From contig NZ_JBNTJT010000001.1 of assembly GCF_051194995.1 (NCBI RefSeq), positions 795,886 through 819,885 of the forward strand: a DNA stretch of 24,000 nucleotides. The letters are read 5' to 3'. Both the position numbers and the translations under genes were made by a program. Positions 1 to 7,774 of the stretch are shown here, piece after piece; position 1 is the stretch's first letter, and the number at the start of each line of letters is the position of its first letter. Source of the DNA: Halorussus sp. AFM4 (lineage in GTDB: Archaea > Halobacteriota > Halobacteria > Halobacteriales > Haladaptataceae). The notes below the pieces were generated by a model. That model was not told the origin of the DNA and did no database searches. It worked only from the letters and a program-made list of their open reading frames with translations.

Positions 1-1
1 G

Positions 2-235
2 GCCGCGGGCGCTCGCGCCGGCCGGGCCGGCGGGGCGCGGACGGTCAGAGACTCCGGGCCGAGCGCGGCCGAGGCGTACCGCGTGCTGGGGCTCGACCCC
101 GACGCCGACGACGAGGCGGTCCGGCGGGCCTACCGCGAGCGGGTCAAGACGGTCCACCCCGACCGGGAGTCGGGCGACGAGGAGGAGTTCAAGCGCGTGA
201 AGGAGGCCTACGAGCGCCTCCGGGACCGCAACTGA
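2..235 (+). CDS. J-domain (DnaJ-like) protein, C-terminal part; 5' end lies outside the window
   Basis: Frame-2 translation ends ...EAYRVLGLDPDADDEAVRRAYRERVKTVHPDRESGDEEEFKRVKEAYERLRDRN*. It contains the HPD tripeptide and flanking helices of a J domain. Stop TGA at 233-235. Confidence 0.8.
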   Translation, partial: AAGARAGRAGGARTVRDSGPSAAEAYRVLGLDPDADDEAVRRAYRERVKTVHPDRESGDEEEFKRVKEAYERLRDRN

Positions 236-309
236 GCCCGGGCTCGGCCCCCGGATCACGGCTCGGCCCCGACATCGCCGCCGGCGGGCGCGGCGTATCA
301 ACAATCGGA

Positions 310-316
310 TTTATTA
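310..316 (+). promoter_or_regulatory. TATA-like box (TTTATTA) upstream of the surface glycoprotein gene
   Basis: Isolated A/T patch GGATTTATTACGG in GC-rich DNA, about 40 nt upstream of ATG 355. Confidence 0.4.
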
Positions 317-354
317 CGGATGGGTCATAACTCGTCGCTTACTTTCACCCCGCC

Positions 355-1821
355 ATGTCAGCGAGACTTCCCCGACTCCGCGCCGCCGGCCTCGTGACGC
401 TGCTGCTCGCGGCCGCCGTCGCGCCGGCGGTCGGCGCGAGTTCGGCCGCGGCCGGCGCGGGCTCGACCGCGGCGTCCGCCGGAGCGAGCGCCTCGTTCTC
501 GCCGACGGTCACCTACGGGGTGCAGGGCGACATCACCACCATCACCGTCGAGACCTCCGACGGCGGCGTCGTCAACATCGGGTCGCAGTCCGAGGCGTTC
601 TGGATGCAGGTGCGGGTCGGCAACGGGAAGACCGAACTCACGCTGAACACCTACCTGGCGGGCGTCGCCGACACCGAGGCCGAGATGAAGCGGGCGCTGT
701 CGGGCGGGACGGTGGTCCGCGCCACGCCGACCCCGGTCGACAAACCGCTGGAGGCGGCCATCTACGACCTCAACGTCACCCGGGACGGCCGCGAGCTCGC
801 GCTCGGGAAGCTCGTCCTGAACGAGCGGGCGACCAACGGCATCGACGTCCGCATCGCGCCGGCGTCGCTGAAGGTGTCGGAACTCGACACGGAGAAGAAG
901 ATCGTCGGCGCGACGCGGGCGCCGTGGGGGAACAACTCGGTCGCCCGCGGCGACTGGCTGGCGGTCCACGTCAACGCGACCGGGCTGGCGGGGCTGTTCG
1001 CGAACGGGGGCGTCGGCGGCGCGAACGGCGTCGACCTCCGGTTCGCGCAGGTCGACGGCGACATGAACGCCGACAGGAACGAGTTCGACGGCGGCGACGT
1101 CGAGCGGTTCGTCTCCGTCGAGCAGGGGTTCTACGTCTTCGTCGACACCGGCGAACACGACATCGAGGCGGGCGACCGGTACAACGTCAGCTTCACGATC
1201 GAGGCCGACACCGGGCTCGCGAAGCGGAAACAGGTCGTCACCACGTCGTTCCGGGTCGCACCGCGCAAGGTCCACATCGAGCGCAACGGGCCGGGCGACA
1301 GGGTCGTCGTGGAGGGCAAGGCGACCATCTCCGGGACCACGACGCTGACCCCCGGCTCGACCATCAACATCACCGTCCGGGACGACGGGATGCCCCCGTT
1401 CCACCAGTCCCGGACCGTGCGGGTCACGGCCGAGCGGACGTTCGAGACCACCGTCGACTTCTCGGACCTCCGGCCGGGCCGGACGTTCGACATCAGGCTC
1501 GTCGACCAGGGCCGGACCGTCCCCGGGATGGTGAAGCCCGAGGAGACCACGACCGCGGCCCCCAACACGACCACCGCGACGACGACAACGACGACGGTAC
1601 CGACGACCACGACCACCGCGACCGCGACGACGACTACCACCGCGACGATAACGGCCGAGGGCCTCACGCAGGCGGCCGCGCCGGGCGGCGAGCGCCCCCT
1701 GCGCCAGCAGGCGGTGCGCGAGACCGGGGAGAGCAGCGGCGGTCCCGTCCCGGGGTTCGGCCCGGCAGCGGGCGTCGTCGCGGTGGTGGCGGCCACCCTG
1801 CTGGCGGCCCGGAGGCGCTGA
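355..1821 (+). CDS. Secreted PGF-CTERM-anchored surface glycoprotein (haloarchaeal cell-surface protein)
   Basis: N-terminal signal peptide MSARLPRLRAAGLVTLLLAAAVAPAVGASSAAA. Several N-x-S/T sequons (NVT, NNS, NAT, NVS, NIT). Thr-rich linker and C-terminal PVPGFGPAAGVVAVVAATLLAARRR, i.e. PGF motif + TM + basic tail (archaeosortase signal). Confidence 0.85.
   Translation: MSARLPRLRAAGLVTLLLAAAVAPAVGASSAAAGAGSTAASAGASASFSPTVTYGVQGDITTITVETSDGGVVNIGSQSEAFWMQVRVGNGKTELTLNTYLAGVADTEAEMKRALSGGTVVRATPTPVDKPLEAAIYDLNVTRDGRELALGKLVLNERATNGIDVRIAPASLKVSELDTEKKIVGATRAPWGNNSVARGDWLAVHVNATGLAGLFANGGVGGANGVDLRFAQVDGDMNADRNEFDGGDVERFVSVEQGFYVFVDTGEHDIEAGDRYNVSFTIEADTGLAKRKQVVTTSFRVAPRKVHIERNGPGDRVVVEGKATISGTTTLTPGSTINITVRDDGMPPFHQSRTVRVTAERTFETTVDFSDLRPGRTFDIRLVDQGRTVPGMVKPEETTTAAPNTTTATTTTTTVPTTTTTATATTTTTATITAEGLTQAAAPGGERPLRQQAVRETGESSGGPVPGFGPAAGVVAVVAATLLAARRR
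1543..1653 (+). repeat. Low-complexity Thr-rich linker (ACG/ACC codon run) inside the glycoprotein gene
   Basis: Encodes ETTTAAPNTTTATTTTTTVPTTTTTATATTTTTATIT (aa 397-433). Resembles the O-glycosylated Thr-rich stalk that precedes the anchor in haloarchaeal S-layer-type proteins. Confidence 0.8.
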
Positions 1822-1831
1822 GGGGGGATGA

Positions 1832-1839
1832 TTTTTATA
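1832..1839 (+). promoter_or_regulatory. TTTTTATA element: candidate TATA box for the 1888 gene and/or oligo-T terminator of the glycoprotein gene
   Basis: T5 run followed by ATA, 11 nt after stop 1819-1821 and about 50 nt upstream of ATG 1888. Such A/T runs are rare in this DNA. Confidence 0.4.
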
Positions 1840-1887
1840 CGAGGCCTGAGGAGATGAGCGCGAACACGGTTCCCGCGCGGTGAAATC

Positions 1888-2916
1888 ATGTTGCAGGGTT
1901 TGGACCAGTCCGAGTTCGGTCAGTTCGTTGCGGCCCTCTGGGAGCGGCAGGGCTGGCAGACGCAGGTCAAGCGCGACGACGGCAGGGTGTTCGTCGCGGT
2001 CCAACGACCCTCCACCGGCGAAGAGGGCCTGCTGTGGGCGTACGCCGGCGACGGCGAGGTCGGCGGCCAGCAGGTCCAGCAGTTCGCCAAGCTCTGCCAG
2101 CAGTACGAGGTCGGGGAGTCGGCCATCGTCACCACGGGCCGCGTCTCGGACCACGCCCGGAAGGTCTCGGAGGGGACCGGCGTCGACCTGCTCGACAGCG
2201 AGGGCATCGCGACGGTCCTCGAGCGCAAGGGGTGGACCGACCTCGCCGAGCAGTACGGCGGCGACGGCGGGGGCGCCGACTCGTCGGGCGGTAGCGGCGG
2301 CGGGGACGGCGACTCCCCGGTCGACCGACTGCGAGCGCTCGCCGGGCGGGCCAAGGCGACGGTCGGCGGCGCGCTCGGCGGGAGCGTCCCGACGAAGCCC
2401 GCGCTCGCAGTCGCGGTGGTCGCCGCGGTGCTGGCCGCGGGCGTGCTGGCCGGTGTCCCGCTGCCCTTCCTCGGGGGCGGCGGGGCCGTCTCGGCCGAGA
2501 GCGTCTCGCCGCCGAACAGCACCTCCACCCTCCGGGTCTCGTGGAACGCCGAGGTCGTCGACGAGATCGACCCCAACCGCAGCGACGGCCGGGCCTACTA
2601 CCCGCCGGACGGCGAGCAGTTCGTCCTGGTCGCGATGCGCGTCAACAACACCGGCGAGGCCGCAGCGCCGGTGAAGGAGGAGGGATTCAGACTCCGGGTC
2701 GACGGCGAGACCTACGCGCACCAGCCGCTGCGCGACCACGACGGGTTCATGGACTTCACCATGTCGCCGGGCACCTTCTACGCCGGCTGGACCGTCTTCT
2801 CGGTGCCCGAGGGGGCCGGGGGTACGCTGACGTACGATCCCAACGTCAGCGACACGCCGGTCGCGGTCGAGTTCGTGCACGACTCGACCATCCCGGTGAA
2901 CGAGACCGAGCTGTAG
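1888..2916 (+). CDS. Single-pass membrane protein: N-terminal Mrr-like restriction-endonuclease fold (degenerate) + Gly/Asp linker + TM + extracytoplasmic DUF4352-like Ig-fold domain
   Basis: aa 8-115 (FGQFVAALWERQGW...DDGRVFVAV...LLWAYAGDGEVGGQQVQQF...AIVTTGRVSDHARK...VDLLDSEGIATVL) follow the Mrr_cat pattern. TM is PALAVAVVAAVLAAGVLAGVPLPF. The C-terminal GEQFVLVAMRVNNTGEAAAPV...FYAGWTVFSVPEGA matches the DUF4352 pattern as I remember it. Confidence 0.75.
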   Translation: MLQGLDQSEFGQFVAALWERQGWQTQVKRDDGRVFVAVQRPSTGEEGLLWAYAGDGEVGGQQVQQFAKLCQQYEVGESAIVTTGRVSDHARKVSEGTGVDLLDSEGIATVLERKGWTDLAEQYGGDGGGADSSGGSGGGDGDSPVDRLRALAGRAKATVGGALGGSVPTKPALAVAVVAAVLAAGVLAGVPLPFLGGGGAVSAESVSPPNSTSTLRVSWNAEVVDEIDPNRSDGRAYYPPDGEQFVLVAMRVNNTGEAAAPVKEEGFRLRVDGETYAHQPLRDHDGFMDFTMSPGTFYAGWTVFSVPEGAGGTLTYDPNVSDTPVAVEFVHDSTIPVNETEL

Positions 2917-3059
2917 TCGCTCGACGGCGGTGCGACCGCCTTCCGCTGATGCCGGCCCCATCGGCCGCGATTCGACGGCCCCGGCAGCGACCGGCGGCGG
3001 TCGGTCGTCGCCGTCCGGAAACGGAGGCGTACGACCCGGTACGGTCGGATACGGAGCCC

Positions 3060-3065
3060 TATATT
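3060..3065 (+). promoter_or_regulatory. TATA-like box (TATATT) upstream of the GTPase gene
   Basis: CCCTATATTCGGG, 40 nt upstream of ATG 3105. Confidence 0.4.
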
Positions 3066-3104
3066 CGGGCAAGGCTTTTGACGGCTCCTCACTAACCCGG
3101 TCGT

Positions 3105-4754
3105 ATGTGCCCTGACCGGGCCGTACTGCGAAGCGCCCTCGAACGCGGCGAACAGGAGGGCGGCAGCGTCGAGTTCAAAGAGCGGCTCACCAAGGACCTC
3201 CACCTCGCCGACGGCCGGATGGAGAGCCTGGCGGCCCAGCTCCGACACCGCGTGCTGTCGGGCGACGGCGAGGCGACCTACGTCGTCGGGGTGACCGACG
3301 ACGGCGGCATCGCCGGGATCGACCACGACGACTTCTCGGAGTCGATGGACGTGCTGAGCCTGCTGGCCGAGGAGGCGGGCGCCCACATCGAGGACGTCCG
3401 GACGTGGGGCATCACCGACGGTACCGTCTCGGCCGAGGGCGAGGCCGACGGCCTCGTCGGGGTGGCGACGATCCGCGAGGGCGCGATGCTCGACACCGAC
3501 AGCCAGCACATCGTGGTCGGGACCGCGGGCCACGTCGACCACGGCAAGTCGACGCTGGTCGGGTCGCTGGTGACCGGTCAGGCCGACGACGGCGAGGGCG
3601 GCACTCGCGGGTTCCTCGACGTCCAGCCCCACGAGGTCGAGCGGGGGCTGTCGGCCGACCTCTCGTACGCGGTCTACGGCTTCGACGGCGAGGGCCCGGT
3701 CCGGATGGACAACCCCCACCGGAAGTCCGACCGGGCCCGGGTGGTCGAGGAGAGCGACCGGCTGGTATCGTTCGTCGACACCGTGGGCCACGAGCCGTGG
3801 CTCCGGACCACCATCCGCGGGCTGGTGGGCCAGAAGCTCGACTACGGCCTGCTGACGGTCGCGGCCGACGACGGGCCGACCAAGACGACCCGCGAGCACC
3901 TCGGGGTGCTGCTCGCGACCGAGCTCCCGACCATCGTGGCCATCACGAAGGCCGACGCGGTCGACGACGACCGGATCGCGGAGGTCGAACGCGAGGTCGA
4001 GCGCCTGCTCCGGGGCGCGGACAAGACCCCGCTCAGGGTCGAGCGCCACGGGATCGACGCGGCGGTCGAGGAGATCGGCGAGAGCGTCGTGCCGGTCGTC
4101 ACGACCAGCGCGGTCACCAAGGAGGGGCTCGACGACCTCGACGAGCTGTTCGAGCGCCTCCCGAAGACGACCGCCGACTCGGGCGACTTCCGGATGTACA
4201 TCGACCGGACCTACTCGGTGACCGGGGTCGGCGCGGTCGCCTCCGGCACCATCATGTCGGGCGAGGTCGAGGCCGGCGACGAGCTGCTGCTCGGCCCGAT
4301 GGCCGACGGGGCGTTCCGGGAGGTCGAGGTCCGGTCGATCGAGATGCACTACCACCGGGTCGACAAGGCCAAGGCGGGCCGCATCGTCGGCATCGCCCTG
4401 AAGGGCGTCCGGGAGGCCGACGTCGAGCGCGGGATGGTGCTGCTGCCCGGCGACGCCGACCCGGACCCGGTCCGGGAGTTCGAGGCCGAGGTCGTGGTGC
4501 TGAACCACCCGACCCGCATCGGCGACGGCTACGAGCCGGTCATCCACCTCGAGACCGTCAGCGAGGCCGCCGAGTTCCACCCGGAGGGCGGCCAGCTGCT
4601 GCCCGGCGACTCGGGGGCCACCCGGGTCCGGTTCAAGTTCCGGCCGTACCTGGTCGAGGAGGGCCAGCGGTTCGTCTTCCGCGAGGGCCAGAGCAAGGGC
4701 GTCGGCACCGTGACCGACGTGAACCCGGGCGACGCCGCGGCCGCGGACGACTAG
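3105..4754 (+). CDS. GTPBP1-family translational-type GTPase (EF-1alpha/EF-Tu-like GTP-binding protein)
   Basis: G1 GHVDHGKST, G3 DTVGHE, G4 TKAD, followed by EF-Tu-like beta-barrel domains. The N-terminal extension is typical of archaeal GTPBP1 homologs. Acidic composition. Confidence 0.9.
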   Translation: MCPDRAVLRSALERGEQEGGSVEFKERLTKDLHLADGRMESLAAQLRHRVLSGDGEATYVVGVTDDGGIAGIDHDDFSESMDVLSLLAEEAGAHIEDVRTWGITDGTVSAEGEADGLVGVATIREGAMLDTDSQHIVVGTAGHVDHGKSTLVGSLVTGQADDGEGGTRGFLDVQPHEVERGLSADLSYAVYGFDGEGPVRMDNPHRKSDRARVVEESDRLVSFVDTVGHEPWLRTTIRGLVGQKLDYGLLTVAADDGPTKTTREHLGVLLATELPTIVAITKADAVDDDRIAEVEREVERLLRGADKTPLRVERHGIDAAVEEIGESVVPVVTTSAVTKEGLDDLDELFERLPKTTADSGDFRMYIDRTYSVTGVGAVASGTIMSGEVEAGDELLLGPMADGAFREVEVRSIEMHYHRVDKAKAGRIVGIALKGVREADVERGMVLLPGDADPDPVREFEAEVVVLNHPTRIGDGYEPVIHLETVSEAAEFHPEGGQLLPGDSGATRVRFKFRPYLVEEGQRFVFREGQSKGVGTVTDVNPGDAAAADD

Positions 4755-4758
4755 AGCC

Positions 4759-5079
4759 GTGATCCGGACCCCGGCGGTCGAGCTGGCCGCGAAGGGGCTG
4801 GCCGGCGTCCTGTTCGCGCTGAGCCTGCTCGGCCTCGCCGCCGCGGTGCAGCGGGGCGACGGCGTCGTCACCGCGCTGTTCGGGGTGTACCTGACGGGGC
4901 TGCTGCTCGCTGGCGTGCTGCGCGACGCCACCAACACCCGCGAGTGGCAGCTCGCGTTCTTCGGCGGCGTCGCGGTCTGGAGCGGCTGGGAGTACGCGAC
5001 CAGCGGCGACCTCGTCTCGCTCCTGCTCGCCGCGATGGGGGTCGTGATGGTCGCGGCGAACCTGCTCGACGTCCGGTAG
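4759..5079 (+). CDS. Small 4-TM membrane protein (unknown function), 4 nt downstream of the GTPase stop
   Basis: GTG start at 4759. Third-codon-position G+C is close to 100% by eye. Four hydrophobic helices, with conserved TREWQLAFFGG between helices 2 and 3. Confidence 0.75.
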   Translation: MIRTPAVELAAKGLAGVLFALSLLGLAAAVQRGDGVVTALFGVYLTGLLLAGVLRDATNTREWQLAFFGGVAVWSGWEYATSGDLVSLLLAAMGVVMVAANLLDVR

Positions 5080-5080
5080 T

Positions 5081-5378
5081 GTGAGAAAACCGACTTTTTT
5101 TCCTGGTCGCGCTGGCGGCCGCAGTCACGTCGATCCGGGAGCGCGGCCCGGCCGCACCCGCGGACGTCGGGGCCTCGCTCTACATCACGGGCGTGCTCGC
5201 GGTCGGCGTCCTGCTGGACGCCATCGACACCCGCGGCTGGCGGCTCGCGTTCTTCGGCGGCCTCGTCGCCGTCGGACTCGGTCGGTACCTCGCGTCGAGC
5301 GATCCCTACAGCCTGCTACTGGTCGTCGCGGGCGCGGCGATGCTCGTCGGCGTCGCGCTCGACGTCTGGTCCGGCTGA
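5081..5378 (+). pseudogene. Tandem paralog of the 4759 membrane protein, with its start separated from its body by a frame change at the T7 run
   Basis: The frame-0 reading from 5103 (LVALAAAVTSIRERGPAAPADVGASLYITGVLAVGVLLDAIDTRGWRLAFFGGLVAVGLGRYLASSDPYSLLLVVAGAAMLVGVALDVWSG*) parallels the whole upstream paralog. Its first canonical in-frame start is only GTG 5193. GTG 5081 (MRKPTFF) is in the neighbouring frame, and one fewer T would join the two. Confidence 0.5.
5095..5101 (+). terminator. T7 homopolymer: candidate archaeal oligo-T terminator and/or frameshift site
   Basis: CGACTTTTTTTCC lies 16 nt after stop 5077-5079. It is the longest T run I saw in the window. Confidence 0.4.
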
Positions 5379-5402
5379 TCTCCCGACCGACGTCGAGGCG
5401 GC

Positions 5403-6104
5403 TCACCCCTGCCAGGGCGGACGCCCACTCCCGGCCAACCGCTCCAGCGACGGCAGCGCGTGGTGGGGCTCGGGGTCAGGGTCGACCCCGTCCTCGGCCG
5501 GGACCCAGACCGACCGGAGGCCGGCGGCGTGGGCGCCCGCCACGTCCGAGGAGAGGGAGTTGCCGACGTGGACCGCCCGGTCGGCCGCCGCGCCGAGGTC
5601 GGCCAGCGCGGCCTCGAACGGCTCGGGGTCGGGCTTGGTCGCGGCGTCGTGGCCCGCGAACACCACCGTCTCGAAGCGGTCGGCGAGCCCCGCCGCCGCC
5701 AGCTTCTCGGTCTGCATCCCGGGCGGGCCGTTGGTCACGACGCCGAGCGCGTGGTCGGCGGCGAGCGCCTCGACGGCCGCGGCCGCGCCGGGCAGGCACT
5801 CGACCCGGGAGTGGTCGCGCTCCGCGGCGAAGGCGTCGGCGACCCGGCGTCCCAGATCGGGGTCGCGGCCGCAGTCGCCGGCGATTTCCGCGAAGCAGTT
5901 CGCCCGGCCCTCGCGGATGGAGACGCCGGGGCCGAGGTGGTCGTCGAACCGGTCGAAGTACTCGGCCGCGTCGAAGAACGGGTCGACCCCGGCCGACTCG
6001 AAGGCGAGGTCGAGCAGTTGCGCGGGCGACCGCTCGTACTCCACGAGCGTGCCGTCGAGGTCGAACAGGACGGCGTCCACGTCGGCGGTTCGGTCGTCGG
6101 ACAT
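5403..6104 (-). CDS. HAD-superfamily hydrolase (phosphatase-like)
   Basis: Motif I FDLDGTL, motif II VVTNG, motif IV GNSLSSD. Start taken at ATG 6104 (MSDDRTADVDAVLFDLDGTL); the longer track ORF prefix is non-halophilic junk. Confidence 0.85.
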   Translation of the reverse strand: MSDDRTADVDAVLFDLDGTLVEYERSPAQLLDLAFESAGVDPFFDAAEYFDRFDDHLGPGVSIREGRANCFAEIAGDCGRDPDLGRRVADAFAAERDHSRVECLPGAAAAVEALAADHALGVVTNGPPGMQTEKLAAAGLADRFETVVFAGHDAATKPDPEPFEAALADLGAAADRAVHVGNSLSSDVAGAHAAGLRSVWVPAEDGVDPDPEPHHALPSLERLAGSGRPPWQG

Positions 6105-6180
6105 GTCGTCGGTCGGAGGTCCGACCCCGGGGCGGAAAGTCGTGTCGGTGCGGGGGCAGGAACCGGTAGCGAGGGCCAAC

Positions 6181-6187
6181 CATTAAG
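6181..6187 (+). promoter_or_regulatory. TATA-like box (CATTAAG) for the 6213 gene
   Basis: AACCATTAAGTCGG, 26-32 nt upstream of ATG 6213 (leaderless geometry). Confidence 0.45.
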
Positions 6188-6212
6188 TCGGGGGTGTGAT
6201 AACTCGAACTGA

Positions 6213-7109
6213 ATGGCTGGCGAAGACGTCGGCGGGTCGGCGGACGCGGCCGCCGACCCCCTGGAGGGGTGGCTCGACGCGAAGGCCGAGGAGCTGGGCG
6301 TGAGCCGGACGGAGCTGCTCGCGCGCCTCCGGGACGGCGACGCCCCCGAGGACGCCGAGGCGTTCGCCGACCTCCGGCGGGAGTTCGGCGCGGAGCTCTC
6401 GGAGCTGCGCGAGGAGCTCGAGGCCCAGCTGGCCGAGGTCGAGGCCGACCTCGCCGACGCCGAGGACGACTTCGACGAGAAGATCGACGACGTGCGCGAC
6501 CGGGTGATCCAGGTCAAGCGCGAGACCGACGCGAAGGCGCCCGCCGACCACGGCCACGACGACCTCCGCCAGCGGACCGACAGCGTGGCCGACCGGGCCG
6601 ACCGGCTCGCCGACGAGCTCGACGCGCTCGCCGAGACGGTGGCCGAACTCGACGACCGGGTCGAGGCCGGGTTCGAGAACTACGAGGATGTCCTGGAGTA
6701 CCTGACCGACGCGACCGACGACCTCGAGTCCCGGCTCTCGACGCTGGCCGAGGTGACCGTCGAGCTCCGGGACCGGACCCGGACGCTGACCGCGCGCCAC
6801 GCCGCCCGCGCGGCGGCCGACGAGCTCGCGCACCTCGCCAACCGCCGGGGCGTCGACAGCGCCGACTGCGGCCACTGCGGCGAGACGGTCCACGTCGGGC
6901 TGCTCGCCGAGCCTAGGTGCCCCCACTGCGCGAGCACCTTCAACGACGTCGAACCCAAGCGGGGGCTGTTCGGGTCGGCCCGCCTCGTCGTCGGCGATCC
7001 GCCCGCGCTGGAGGGCGAGCGGGCCGACTGGGACCTCGGCGCCGCGGTCGAGGGCGACCCGGCGGTCGGCGAGGACCTCGACGACATCGTCGGGGAGAAC
7101 GACGGATGA
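6213..7109 (+). CDS. Very acidic coiled-coil protein with C-terminal CxxC-x13-CxxC zinc ribbon (unknown function)
   Basis: Long heptad-like acidic helices (ELSELREELEAQLAEVEADLADAEDDFDEKIDDV...). Then CGHCGETVHVGLLAEPRCPHC. No family recognised. Confidence 0.75.
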   Translation: MAGEDVGGSADAAADPLEGWLDAKAEELGVSRTELLARLRDGDAPEDAEAFADLRREFGAELSELREELEAQLAEVEADLADAEDDFDEKIDDVRDRVIQVKRETDAKAPADHGHDDLRQRTDSVADRADRLADELDALAETVAELDDRVEAGFENYEDVLEYLTDATDDLESRLSTLAEVTVELRDRTRTLTARHAARAAADELAHLANRRGVDSADCGHCGETVHVGLLAEPRCPHCASTFNDVEPKRGLFGSARLVVGDPPALEGERADWDLGAAVEGDPAVGEDLDDIVGENDG

Positions 7110-7681
7110 GCGACGACCGCGGGGACACCGAAAAGTCGCCGCGCGACGCGACCGACGGCGAGTCCGGCCACCGCGACCGGCCCGACGAGCCGCTCGGCGA
7201 CCTGGCCGCGGAGATCCGGAGGCGCACCGGCCGGCGCCCCGACGAGCGCGACGCGGCCGGGCGGGCCACGGACGACCGGTCCGACAGGGAGGGGCCGCTG
7301 GCCGACGTCGCCGCGGCGGTCGACGAGCGGCGGCGCGAGCGCGACGGTACCGACCCCTTCGACGCCGTCGACGTCGGCGAACTCGACGGGGAAGCGCTCT
7401 GGGAGCGGCTCGCCGAGGACGAGGACGCGCCCGCGGTGACCCCGCCCGCCGAGGCGGACGACGTCGAGTGGTCGGACGGCCGCGACGTGCACACGATTCC
7501 GAAGGCGACGTGCCACGGCTGTCCCCACTTCGGCGAGCCGCCGGCGCTCGCCTGCACCCACGAGGGGACCGACATCCTCGCGATGCCCGACGCCGAGCAC
7601 TTCCGGGTGGCCGGCTGTCCGATGGTCGGCGACGACGAGGCCGACATCGGCGACATCGCCGAGTCCGAACCCGACGGGTGA
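7106..7681 (+). CDS. Very acidic protein with repeated PL(G/A)D(L/V)AA...RR motif and C-terminal 4-Cys motif (unknown function)
   Basis: ATG 7106 overlaps the upstream TGA (ATGA). Contains EPLGDLAAEIRRR and GPLADVAAAVDERRR. C-terminal CHGCPHFGEPPALACTHEGTDILAMPDAEHFRVAGC. Confidence 0.7.
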   Translation: MSDDRGDTEKSPRDATDGESGHRDRPDEPLGDLAAEIRRRTGRRPDERDAAGRATDDRSDREGPLADVAAAVDERRRERDGTDPFDAVDVGELDGEALWERLAEDEDAPAVTPPAEADDVEWSDGRDVHTIPKATCHGCPHFGEPPALACTHEGTDILAMPDAEHFRVAGCPMVGDDEADIGDIAESEPDG

Positions 7682-7774
7682 GCGCCGGCGGGCCCGTGGC
7701 CGGCGGGTCGCTGACCGACCGGCGCCGCCGCTCGCGGCCGACCGGACTTTCTTGTTCGAGCGCGAAGTCGACCC

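Noticed and set aside
358-3072. 904-aa minus-strand ORF spanning the glycoprotein and Mrr-like genes
   Set aside because: Arg/Gly/Pro/Asp-rich, low-complexity translation lying antisense to two genes with clear domain signatures. This is a typical stop-poor shadow frame in 70% GC DNA.
2778-4937. 719-aa minus-strand ORF antisense to the GTPase gene
   Set aside because: No motifs and a junk-like composition. The plus strand carries an unmistakable GTPase (GHVDHGKST, DTVGHE, TKAD).
5081-6169. 362-aa plus-strand ORF (RGR/RRP-rich), and the other overlapping ORFs over 5400-6520
   Set aside because: An extreme Arg/Pro/Gly composition that is impossible for a halophile protein. It lies antisense to the HAD hydrolase. 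Only its first ~7 codons (GTG 5081 to the T7 run) may be real, as discussed in the findings.
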